Source: an uncultured Candidatus Saccharibacteria bacterium
GTDB lineage: Bacteria; Patescibacteriota; Minisyncoccia; Phycocordibacterales; UBA9973
Length of the DNA stretch: 64,000 bases
Assembly (NCBI GenBank): GCA_964450735.1
Contig: CAYVDC010000001.1
Location: 5,577 to 69,576 of the forward strand
Reading direction: 5' to 3'
Positions 46,990-55,170 of this stretch are shown in pieces (the first letter of the stretch is position 1; each line of letters starts with the position of its first letter). Under the pieces are notes generated by a model. That model was not told the origin of the DNA. It worked only from the letters and a program-made list of their open reading frames with translations, and searched no databases. Both the position numbers and the translations under genes were made by a program.

Positions 46990-47700
46990 ATGCCTTATAA
47001 ATTTAGAATAGCAGATAGTGGTAGTAGCAATGTCAATTATTATAACATTTATTTAGATGATTATAATAATAAATTAGCTTCAAATGTTCTTCTCCCCTAT
47101 GATGTGGTGGTGAATGATTGGAAGCCAAGTTTTCTATTTATTGTTGAGAATAATATGTTCACTTGTGGTGCTGTTAAGAATATTTTGATTAACAATCTCA
47201 CTACAACTACAAGCACTCAACCTGTTTTAACATTAACAACCAATTCTTATACACCACCAAGTACATCTACCACTACACTCCCTGCAACAACAACAAATCC
47301 ACCAACAACAACACAAACAACCCCATCGCCGTCAACCACAACTTCAACGAGTTCTACAACAAGTTCTACAACACAAGCACCAAATGTAAATGTTTATTTA
47401 ACAGCACATTTTGACGATGATGCAGGACTTATTGTAATAGATGCCTATTTAAGAAATAATAATGGAACTCCATATATCAGTTTAATAGATTTTTATATAG
47501 AAGGAACTCTTTATTATAGAAATTCTATTGGAGGATTTACATCTTCAACACCATTTTCATTATATATACCCATTGGATATTCTACCAATCACACAGTGTT
47601 TGCCATAGCTAATGTTGAATCATTAGAATATGCGTGTATAAGTTCTGTGACACCAAGTAGCAGTGGGGGAACTACATTCACAATTATATCATCATGTTAA
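46990..47700 (+). CDS. fibre-associated protein (236 aa) with a Thr/Pro-rich linker
   Basis: TTTSTQPVLTLTTNSYTPPSTSTTTLPATTTNPPTTTQTTPSPSTTTSTSSTTSSTTQ linker between two globular segments. Confidence 0.4.
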   Translation: MPYKFRIADSGSSNVNYYNIYLDDYNNKLASNVLLPYDVVVNDWKPSFLFIVENNMFTCGAVKNILINNLTTTTSTQPVLTLTTNSYTPPSTSTTTLPATTTNPPTTTQTTPSPSTTTSTSSTTSSTTQAPNVNVYLTAHFDDDAGLIVIDAYLRNNNGTPYISLIDFYIEGTLYYRNSIGGFTSSTPFSLYIPIGYSTNHTVFAIANVESLEYACISSVTPSSSGGTTFTIISSC

Positions 47701-47701
47701 T

Positions 47702-49495
47702 ATGTTATACCTTTCAGCACAACCCGACAATGACTATTTTTTATGGCAACTCCAAGTGCAATTCAATAATTTTGAAAGAATGGGAATTCCCCTTTCAAAT
47801 GTTTATGCGTTAGTTGCTCATAGAGGAGAAGAATCTACTCCACAATTTATACAATATGCAAATGAAACAAAAGCTAATATTCTTTTTTATAAGGATGAAA
47901 TTCCTGATAGAAAATATATTCCTGCTATTCGTCCCCACATTATAAAACAATTTTTTAAAGCCCATCCCGAATTAGTAGATGAATATTTCTTCTACCATGA
48001 TAGTGATATATTATTTACAAAACTTCCTAATTGGGAGGAATTGATGGATGGAAATTGGAAGGTGAGTGATACGATTGGATATATTGGATATGAATACATC
48101 ATAGAAAAAGGAACTAATGTTCTTTTAGATATGTGTGATATTATTAAAATACCACCAAAAGTGGTAAGAAATAATCAAAAGTTTTCAGGGGGATGTCAAT
48201 ATCTATTAACAGGAACGAATAGTGAATTTTGGGATAAAGTGGAAAAGGATTGTGAAGCTATTTATACATCACTAAGAGATAGAGTGGAAGAATATGGAAT
48301 TAGTTGGAGTAGAAGTTCAGGAAGACCTCCAAGTGAATATCATCCTATACAAGAATGGTGTAGTGATATGTGGTGCGTTTTATGGAACGCGTGGCTTAAA
48401 GGATATAGAACAGATGTCGTAAAAGATTTGTCATTTTCATGGGCTACTAACACGATAGATGAACTTTCCAACCACAATATATTTCATAATGCAGGTGTGG
48501 TGGATGAACAAAAAGGTCATTTATTTTTTAAAGGAGATTATATTACAAGACTTCCCTATCACTTTGATTTAAGTTTTGTTGACAGAAATTATTGTAGCTA
48601 CTTCTACGTTCAAGAAATAGAGGACACTAAAATCAATTTGGGGCTTTCTCCTGCACGCAAAGTGAAGAAGGATAGAAACTATACCAACCCCAAAGTTAGT
48701 TGCGTGATGACCACATATGGACGTTTTAACACGGTGGAAAGAAGCATTGGGTTTTGGAGAAAACAAGATTATAAAAATAAGGAACTTATTATACTAAATA
48801 CAGCCCCCACTCCGTTAACACTTTCAGTAGAGTTGGAGGATTGTGGAATAAAAATTATTAACCAATCCTGTCAAACGGGAACTAATATTCCATATTCTAA
48901 TGTTGGGAAAATAAGAGAGGATGCTTTGCGCTACGCAACAGGTGATATTTATATATGTTGGGATGATGATGATATGTTTCTTCCCTTTCATATAAAATAT
49001 GGTGTTAAACATCTATTGGAATGTAAAAAAGATGCTTGGATGCCCAAAAGAAGCATTTTTACAGGGAATGGTGGAGACAGCTTTATGTATGCACAAAACG
49101 CATTTGAAGCCTCTGTTTTAGTTTGGATAGATGCTATTTGGAGATATGGATTTTTATATGAAAATGGAAGTGAACATTTATCATGGAGACGTGGATTGGT
49201 GGACGATGACCAATTGGATGAAAATTTTGATGTCAATCCATTAGAATCATATGTCTATATTTGGGGAGAAAAAGAATCGAGCCATAAACAATCAGGAGAT
49301 ATAGATAATCCAAATAATTTTGAAAATCATAAATCAAATTCAACTGATTTTGGTAATCGTCATTTAGGAATATACGATGAAAGAAAATTGGAAGAATGGT
49401 ATATGAAAATTGTTGATTTTGTTGGACATGCTTATTTAAACAAACATATTCAACCTTATTTAAAATATAACACCGTATATAGTGATAATTCATAG
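47702..49495 (+). CDS. two-domain glycosyltransferase with a GT2-like C-terminal domain. The probable start is Met at 47702 rather than the listed 47663.
   Basis: KVSCVMTTYGRFNTVERSIGFWRKQDYKNKELIILN is GT2 motif-like. YICWDDDDMF is DxD-like. The N-domain has YHDSDILF, also DxD-like. The upstream gene ends at 47700. Confidence 0.5.
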   Translation: MLYLSAQPDNDYFLWQLQVQFNNFERMGIPLSNVYALVAHRGEESTPQFIQYANETKANILFYKDEIPDRKYIPAIRPHIIKQFFKAHPELVDEYFFYHDSDILFTKLPNWEELMDGNWKVSDTIGYIGYEYIIEKGTNVLLDMCDIIKIPPKVVRNNQKFSGGCQYLLTGTNSEFWDKVEKDCEAIYTSLRDRVEEYGISWSRSSGRPPSEYHPIQEWCSDMWCVLWNAWLKGYRTDVVKDLSFSWATNTIDELSNHNIFHNAGVVDEQKGHLFFKGDYITRLPYHFDLSFVDRNYCSYFYVQEIEDTKINLGLSPARKVKKDRNYTNPKVSCVMTTYGRFNTVERSIGFWRKQDYKNKELIILNTAPTPLTLSVELEDCGIKIINQSCQTGTNIPYSNVGKIREDALRYATGDIYICWDDDDMFLPFHIKYGVKHLLECKKDAWMPKRSIFTGNGGDSFMYAQNAFEASVLVWIDAIWRYGFLYENGSEHLSWRRGLVDDDQLDENFDVNPLESYVYIWGEKESSHKQSGDIDNPNNFENHKSNSTDFGNRHLGIYDERKLEEWYMKIVDFVGHAYLNKHIQPYLKYNTVYSDNS

Positions 49496-49790
49496 TGGAA
49501 GTTTTGGTATTTCGTTTTTGAATAGGCATGTTATTTATGAGAACATCATTAAAATAACTGTTAAAGAGAAAGATTTTAATATTTCTTACAATAGGAGTTT
49601 ATTACAAGATTCTTCTAATTTAAGTGGAAGTGTTAAACCATTTGTGACAGGGAGTGACTTCGTTCCCTATGCCACCACCATTGGAATTTATAATGACAAT
49701 CAGGATTTATTAATGGTGGCTAAACTTTCTCAACCAATCCCCATGTCTAATTACACGGATATGAATTTTTTGATTAAATTTGATAATTAA
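49482..49790 (+). CDS. truncated paralogue of the C-terminal module of the 39076-40080 protein (102 aa)
   Basis: ...VPYATTIGIYNDNQDLLMVAKLSQPIP... parallels ...ETFITTIGLYNDSNELLGVAKLSSPI... in the 39076-40080 protein. Confidence 0.3.
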   Translation: MIIHSGSFGISFLNRHVIYENIIKITVKEKDFNISYNRSLLQDSSNLSGSVKPFVTGSDFVPYATTIGIYNDNQDLLMVAKLSQPIPMSNYTDMNFLIKFDN

Positions 49791-49795
49791 GTTTT

Positions 49796-50734
49796 ATGAA
49801 TATTGAACTCCTTTCTTTAATAGAATCTGTATTAGGAAATGGAGATAGAAAAGCAAGGGAAAACTATGCTTTCTATTGTCCAAATTGTAAACATCATAAT
49901 AAGAAATTAGAAATTGATTTACACACTGATAGCTATTTACAAAATAAATGGGGATGTTGGGTGTGTGGATTTAAAGGAAGAACTGTTAGAGCATTATTTA
50001 GAGTGCTTAGAGTTCCCATTGAAAAAATGGAAAAACTAAATTCTCTAATTAGGTATAAATCTGATGGAGAAGAGCATAGAGAAGAAGTGATTTCATACCC
50101 CCCTTCTTTTAAATTCATCAAAGACTATAATAATCTAAGAGGATTTGAAAGACTCTTTGCCAAAACTGCTATACGTTATTTAGAAAAGAGAAATGTTGTT
50201 TTTGATGATATTGTAAAATATAACATAGGAATATGTACAGAAGGAAAGTTTAAAAATAGAATTATATTTCCCTCTTACGATGGAGATGGAGTATTGAATT
50301 ATTTTACAGGAAGAATTGTAGTTGAAAAAGGACTTCCTCCTTACACCTTCCCCGAATCTAATAAGAATTTAATTCCATATGAGTCTCATATTAATTTTAG
50401 TGAACCTGTTGTTTTATGTGAAGGAGTTTTCGATGCAATAGCCATTAGAAATAATGCTATTCCATTATTGGGAAAATTCGTTAGTGAAACTTTACATGAA
50501 GCACTTGTCAATAAATCAAATGATATTTATATATGTATGGACAAGGATGCTATGAGAGAGGCGTTACATTTAGGAATGGAATATAAATCTTATGGAAAAA
50601 ATGTTTATGTTGTTGAACTTCCCGAAAAAGACCCATCAGAAATGGGATGGGAAGAAGTGAATAAATTAATAAGAAAAACACCAATTCTTTCAGATAGGAA
50701 AATATTGGAAATGAAATTCAAATATAATATTTAA
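49796..50734 (+). CDS. DnaG-type DNA primase (T4 gp61-like): zinc-binding domain plus TOPRIM
   Basis: CPNCKHHNKKLEIDL...WGCWVCGFKG forms a zinc ribbon. VVLCEGVFDAIAI is the TOPRIM glutamate motif. YICMDKDAMREA is DxD-like. Confidence 0.55.
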   Translation: MNIELLSLIESVLGNGDRKARENYAFYCPNCKHHNKKLEIDLHTDSYLQNKWGCWVCGFKGRTVRALFRVLRVPIEKMEKLNSLIRYKSDGEEHREEVISYPPSFKFIKDYNNLRGFERLFAKTAIRYLEKRNVVFDDIVKYNIGICTEGKFKNRIIFPSYDGDGVLNYFTGRIVVEKGLPPYTFPESNKNLIPYESHINFSEPVVLCEGVFDAIAIRNNAIPLLGKFVSETLHEALVNKSNDIYICMDKDAMREALHLGMEYKSYGKNVYVVELPEKDPSEMGWEEVNKLIRKTPILSDRKILEMKFKYNI

Positions 50735-51720
50735 TGAAATCGTTATACGGAATTGTAACTAATTTGTTGGTTGAAAATGAATATGAATTAAATAATTTAT
50801 ATGAAAATCAAGATAAAAACATCATCAATGAATTTATCAAATTCTGTAAACAAGAAATTGGATTCCAAACCCATCCCATTGTAACATTTACTAAGAAAAA
50901 AGAAAATACTAAAACATTAGGACATAACGATTTATCAAATAACAAAATAATGGTTTATATACAAGATAGATTGATGGCTGATGTAATGAGAACATTGGCA
51001 CATGAGTTTGTTCATACAAAACAAAAAGATTTGAATGTATTGAATGTTAATAGTGGAAATGATGGAAGTGAACATGAAAACGAAGCTAATTCTAAAGCAG
51101 GGGAGATATTAAGAAAATTTGGAAAAAAATTTCCTGAAATATATTCTCAAAAGTTTCCTGTAAATGCTTATAAAAACACTTATTTTGATAATAAAATATT
51201 AAAAGAATCTGACGGAGTGTATGAATATGGGTGTTTAATGTTAAAATTAAACATTGATAATTGGAAAGATGTTATTGGAAAGATAAGTGATGATGATTTA
51301 TATATGAGTGAAGAAAATGGTGGATATGGAAAAGAGAAAACTCCTCACATCACCATTTTATATGGATTTCTTCCCACAACAAATTATAATGATGTTGAAA
51401 AAGTTCTTTCTAAATTAAAAAAGCCCATAAATGTTACATTAGATAAACTCTCTTTATTTAAAAATGAAGAATTTGATGTATTGAAATATGATGTAAGTGG
51501 AAGGATATTACATTCATTAAATAAATTATTTTCAGAGAAATTTGAGAATGAAAATAAATTTACAGAATATGTTCCTCATTGTACAGTGGCATATATTATA
51601 AAAGGACAGGGTGGTAAATATATCAAACCAATTTCTCCTTTTAAAGCATCTTGTGATGAATTTATATATTCCTTTCCTAATGGAGAAAAGAAAACATTTA
51701 GAATAAATAACAATGTCTGA
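50734..51720 (+). CDS. fusion protein: N-terminal HExxH metallopeptidase-like domain plus C-terminal 2H phosphoesterase domain (LigT/Acb1-like)
   Basis: LAHEFVHTKQ is an HExxH motif. The C-terminal half has two H-x-T-hydrophobic motifs, KTPHITILYG and YVPHCTVAYI, about 90 aa apart, which is the 2H-family signature. Confidence 0.5.
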   Translation: MKSLYGIVTNLLVENEYELNNLYENQDKNIINEFIKFCKQEIGFQTHPIVTFTKKKENTKTLGHNDLSNNKIMVYIQDRLMADVMRTLAHEFVHTKQKDLNVLNVNSGNDGSEHENEANSKAGEILRKFGKKFPEIYSQKFPVNAYKNTYFDNKILKESDGVYEYGCLMLKLNIDNWKDVIGKISDDDLYMSEENGGYGKEKTPHITILYGFLPTTNYNDVEKVLSKLKKPINVTLDKLSLFKNEEFDVLKYDVSGRILHSLNKLFSEKFENENKFTEYVPHCTVAYIIKGQGGKYIKPISPFKASCDEFIYSFPNGEKKTFRINNNV

Positions 51721-52285
51721 ATCATATTTAAAAAAAGAAATAAATAATGCTGACTTACAAAGGGTTCGCAATTTAATTACAAAACAATTCACGAATGGAA
51801 CTCAAATTCAAGGTGGATATGTAAAGAAATCTATTCCGAGAAATGAGGGGGATATTTGGGCAGAGAATAATAAGAAATTCACCATTAAAAATGGAATAAA
51901 AATAAACATCACTTCAACAGATGATGTTAGAGCTTCTGTTATAGTTCCATTATTTTGTCCTAAATGTTCTTCTATAATGAAACATGAGAACGATAAGAAG
52001 ATGTATGGTATTTATGGACATTGTTTTTCATGTCAAATTAAAGAAGAAACGGAAATGAAGATAAATGGAACATATGTTGAATTTGAAAAAAGTAAATTGA
52101 GACAAAATCTAATTTCAATTGCTGATGAAATAGAAGAAGAGTTGGTGGATATGGTGCATAATCCCATTTCTTCTTATGTAACAGAAGCAGGAGATAGCGA
52201 GAATTGGGTTGGGGATGTTAATAACGAAGAAGCCATAGCTAAAGTGAAAGAAATAGCTAAAAAGCTCAGAAATGTTAAATTCTAA
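51713..52285 (+). CDS. zinc-ribbon protein (190 aa)
   Basis: CPKCSS...(20)...HCFSC forms a zinc ribbon. Confidence 0.4.
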   Translation: MSESYLKKEINNADLQRVRNLITKQFTNGTQIQGGYVKKSIPRNEGDIWAENNKKFTIKNGIKINITSTDDVRASVIVPLFCPKCSSIMKHENDKKMYGIYGHCFSCQIKEETEMKINGTYVEFEKSKLRQNLISIADEIEEELVDMVHNPISSYVTEAGDSENWVGDVNNEEAIAKVKEIAKKLRNVKF

Positions 52286-52305
52286 TATTTATATAAAAAA
52301 GAAGA

Positions 52306-52851
52306 ATGAAGAATAAACAATTAGTTAAAGAATACTTGAAAAAAATAGCCACCAAAATAATTAAAGAGAATGTGGATGGAAATATACAAGATGAATTAGA
52401 TTCATTGAATAAAGCCAATGGCTATGGTGTTGATAATGAAATTGGACGATTTAACATTGTTCTTCACCCACAAGAAAATAGCATAGCAGAAGAATTAATG
52501 TTAGAAACAGATTTATTTGAATTTGTTAAGAAAATAACAGGAGGAGAATTGAAATTGGAACAAGTGGCAGGATTTTATAAGAAACCCACCACTGCTCAAC
52601 GTAAATCTGAAAAGATATTAAAAGAATATAGCAAAACTCTTTTAGAAACAAGAAAAACTCAAATCAAAGAACTTCAACGTAGAAAAGAATATTTAGAAAA
52701 TAGACTAAAAGCTACTAATAAATTTTATAAAAATCAACCATTGGATGAAACTGTTAAAGTTAAAGTGGGAAAAATGCAAGAGGGAATTTCTTTCATTGAT
52801 GGGAAGATAAATGAAATAACAAAGAAAATTGAAGCATCCAAATCTAAGTAA
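52306..52851 (+). CDS. coiled-coil protein (181 aa); weak candidate small terminase subunit
   Basis: Lys/Glu-rich heptad-like sequence. Preceded by a late-promoter-like motif. Confidence 0.35.
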   Translation: MKNKQLVKEYLKKIATKIIKENVDGNIQDELDSLNKANGYGVDNEIGRFNIVLHPQENSIAEELMLETDLFEFVKKITGGELKLEQVAGFYKKPTTAQRKSEKILKEYSKTLLETRKTQIKELQRRKEYLENRLKATNKFYKNQPLDETVKVKVGKMQEGISFIDGKINEITKKIEASKSK

Positions 52852-53374
52852 AATATTATTGGAAGAAATAGGAAATGCTTTAGAAAAGAAAGCTCCCCCT
52901 ATTTTAATGAGATATGACCTCATTTTAAACAAAGTTCCTTCTTTAAAAAAGGGAATTGAATTAATTTTAACAAAAAGTTTTAGGTTTTTTGTTAAAGATG
53001 TATTAATTTTGTCCCCTAAACCAACAACTTTCAGGGTTGTTCTCAATAATGGTTTTACATTTCAAATGTCCTATCAAGGAAAAGGTAATTTTATGGCTAA
53101 AATATCAGGAAAGAAATATCTTTTAGACACTGCCACAGGAGTTACCCAAGCATCACAAGCGGTTTCTGATTTATTATCAATGGGAAGTAAACCTCTCCCT
53201 GCGGCAGAGTCAATAGATAAAACTGATTCAACAGATTCAAGTTTTTCTTCTTCTGATGGAGGTGGTAGTATGGGTGGAAATGATGAAAATCTCCCTACAT
53301 TTGAACCAATAGATAATGAACCTGAAATATCAGATGAAGAATTCGATTCGTTAGAAAAAGACGACGAAGAATAA
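52829..53374 (+). CDS. protein with an acidic Ser/Asp-rich C-terminal tail (181 aa)
   Basis: C-terminal ...SSDGGGSMGGNDENLPTFEPIDNEPEISDEEFDSLEKDDEE. Confidence 0.4.
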   Translation: MKHPNLSKILLEEIGNALEKKAPPILMRYDLILNKVPSLKKGIELILTKSFRFFVKDVLILSPKPTTFRVVLNNGFTFQMSYQGKGNFMAKISGKKYLLDTATGVTQASQAVSDLLSMGSKPLPAAESIDKTDSTDSSFSSSDGGGSMGGNDENLPTFEPIDNEPEISDEEFDSLEKDDEE

Positions 53375-53396
53375 AACAACAATCTAAATTTATATT

Positions 53397-54683
53397 ATGC
53401 CAAAGATTAAAGAATTCATTCAGTTTTTTATTGCTGAGGGAAAGGGGGAAAATTCATGGAATGAATTAGCTCGTCGATTTTCCTTTGAAAATGGAGAAAA
53501 ATTGAGAACTTATGTTCGACATAATTCTAATAAATTTTCAAAAATTATTTCAGAAGAAGAACCTGCTCCTAATTATGATAAAATCTACTATAAAGGTGAT
53601 AGTTGTTCAATTGAAAAGAAAATATTAAGGGATATTAGGAATGAATCTGAACTAATTGAAGCCTGTAATATTGATACTGATAAATGGCTTGTTTCAAGTT
53701 GGAAATGTTCATCTTGGGAATCCCCCTCAAAGGATGGAGAGAGCAAAAGACTTTATGCTGTTAGTGTAGAATTAAAGAAAAAAGACGCTTCTTCATTAGA
53801 ATACTATTTTTCATCTCTTTCTGAAAGACTTTGCTCCACAATTCCTCCCATCTATATAAAAAGAAAAGTTGATAACGAAAAATCTTTATTTTTATACACT
53901 TCTGATAAACATATTGGAGCATTAACAAAAAAATCAAGCATATATAAGAATGATTATACGGCTGAAATATTTAGAAATAGATTATTGAGTTTATTGGATG
54001 AAATTCAATATCAATTTGAACTATATGGACGCTTTGACACTATTCATTTTGTAGATTTAGGAGATGCTTTAGACGGATTTAATGCTAAAACCACAAGAGG
54101 CGGACATACACTTCCACAAAATCTCTCAAATGAAGAACAATTTGATGTATTTGTTAATGTTCATAAAGAATTCTTCGATTCTTTAGTGAAAATGGATGTT
54201 ACAAATAATATTAAATATTTAGCAACGTATAAGGATAACCATTCGGGCAGTTTTTCTTATTTTGCCAATAGAGCTTTACAAATATATCTCAATCATTGCT
54301 ATCCTGATATTGAAACTATAATTTTAGATAAATTTATAGAACACTATTACTATGGAAAGCATTGTTTTCTATTTACACATGGAAAAGATGAAGAAGATAT
54401 GAAACATGGCTTCCCCTTTCATCTTACAGATAAAGTGGAAAACTATATCAATGATTATATTAATTATTTTAATATAAAAGCTGATGCCATCCACGTTATT
54501 AAAGGAGATTTACATAGAAGCGCATCGGAAGAAGCTCGTAGATTTAGATATAAGAACGTAATGTCTGTTTATGGAGGCAGTAAATGGATACATACCAATT
54601 TCGGAACATGCAAAGCAGGGATAAATTTCGATATTGTATGGAAAAATGAAGGAAGAGTGTTGGAACAGAAAATAACATTTTAA
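53397..54683 (+). CDS. calcineurin-like metallophosphoesterase domain protein (428 aa)
   Basis: Ordered motifs LYTSDKHIG (DxH), HFVDLGDALDG (GD), YKDNHSG (GNHE-like), LFTHGKD and VIKGDLHRS. Confidence 0.4.
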   Translation: MPKIKEFIQFFIAEGKGENSWNELARRFSFENGEKLRTYVRHNSNKFSKIISEEEPAPNYDKIYYKGDSCSIEKKILRDIRNESELIEACNIDTDKWLVSSWKCSSWESPSKDGESKRLYAVSVELKKKDASSLEYYFSSLSERLCSTIPPIYIKRKVDNEKSLFLYTSDKHIGALTKKSSIYKNDYTAEIFRNRLLSLLDEIQYQFELYGRFDTIHFVDLGDALDGFNAKTTRGGHTLPQNLSNEEQFDVFVNVHKEFFDSLVKMDVTNNIKYLATYKDNHSGSFSYFANRALQIYLNHCYPDIETIILDKFIEHYYYGKHCFLFTHGKDEEDMKHGFPFHLTDKVENYINDYINYFNIKADAIHVIKGDLHRSASEEARRFRYKNVMSVYGGSKWIHTNFGTCKAGINFDIVWKNEGRVLEQKITF

Positions 54684-54709
54684 CTTATATTTATATGAAA
54701 CAAAAAGAA

Positions 54710-54880
54710 CATGAGTAAGGATGTAATTTTAGGAGTAATTCGCCATTTTCTCACCATCGCAGGTGGTGTATTGGTGACAAAGGGTAATTTAGACGTGACA
54801 GATGCAGATACATTGGTTGGAGCAGTGATAGCCATTGTAAGTGTTGTTTGGTCAATCGTTTCTAAGAAAAAAGCTGTGTA
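54710..54880 (+). CDS. small membrane protein (56 aa), holin-like
   Basis: MSKDVILGVIRHFLTIAGGVLVTKGNLDVTDADTLVGAVIAIVSVVWSIVSKKKAV has two hydrophobic helices and a charged C-terminus. Too short to appear in the ORF track. A late-promoter-like motif lies just upstream. Confidence 0.3.
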
Positions 54881-54903
54881 AATCAATAGCTTTTCCCATT
54901 TAA

Positions 54904-54936
54904 AAACGCAACTCATTAGCTTGGGTTGCGTTTTTT
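54904..54936 (+). terminator. Rho-independent terminator: stem AAACGCAAC/GTTGCGTTT, 12-nt loop, then TTTTTT
   Basis: Stem arms at 54904-54912 and 54925-54933 read from the sequence. The U-tract runs 54931-54936. Confidence 0.5.
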
Positions 54937-54987
54937 GCGTTATACCCATGTAGTTTGTAAGAATTTTGATATTTATTAATAAAGAGC

Positions 54988-55164
54988 ATGAGAAATCCAA
55001 AGATAGAACTACTTATCGTTAAAGAATATTTGAAAAAACTAAACGAAGACGTGAGTGCTATTAGTCAAAGTGAAAAAAATGCTAAAAGAGTAGAGATTCA
55101 GGCTTCAATTAAAGCGGCACAAGAGAGAATTAAAACTTTACAAGCACAATTGAGGACATTATAA
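54988..55164 (+). CDS. small coiled-coil protein (58 aa) immediately upstream of the large terminase gene
   Basis: MRNPKIELLIVKEYLKKLNEDVSAISQSEKNAKRVEIQASIKAAQERIKTLQAQLRTL. Below the ORF-track size cutoff. Confidence 0.3.
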   Translation: MRNPKIELLIVKEYLKKLNEDVSAISQSEKNAKRVEIQASIKAAQERIKTLQAQLRTL

Positions 55165-55170
55165 TCCTTT

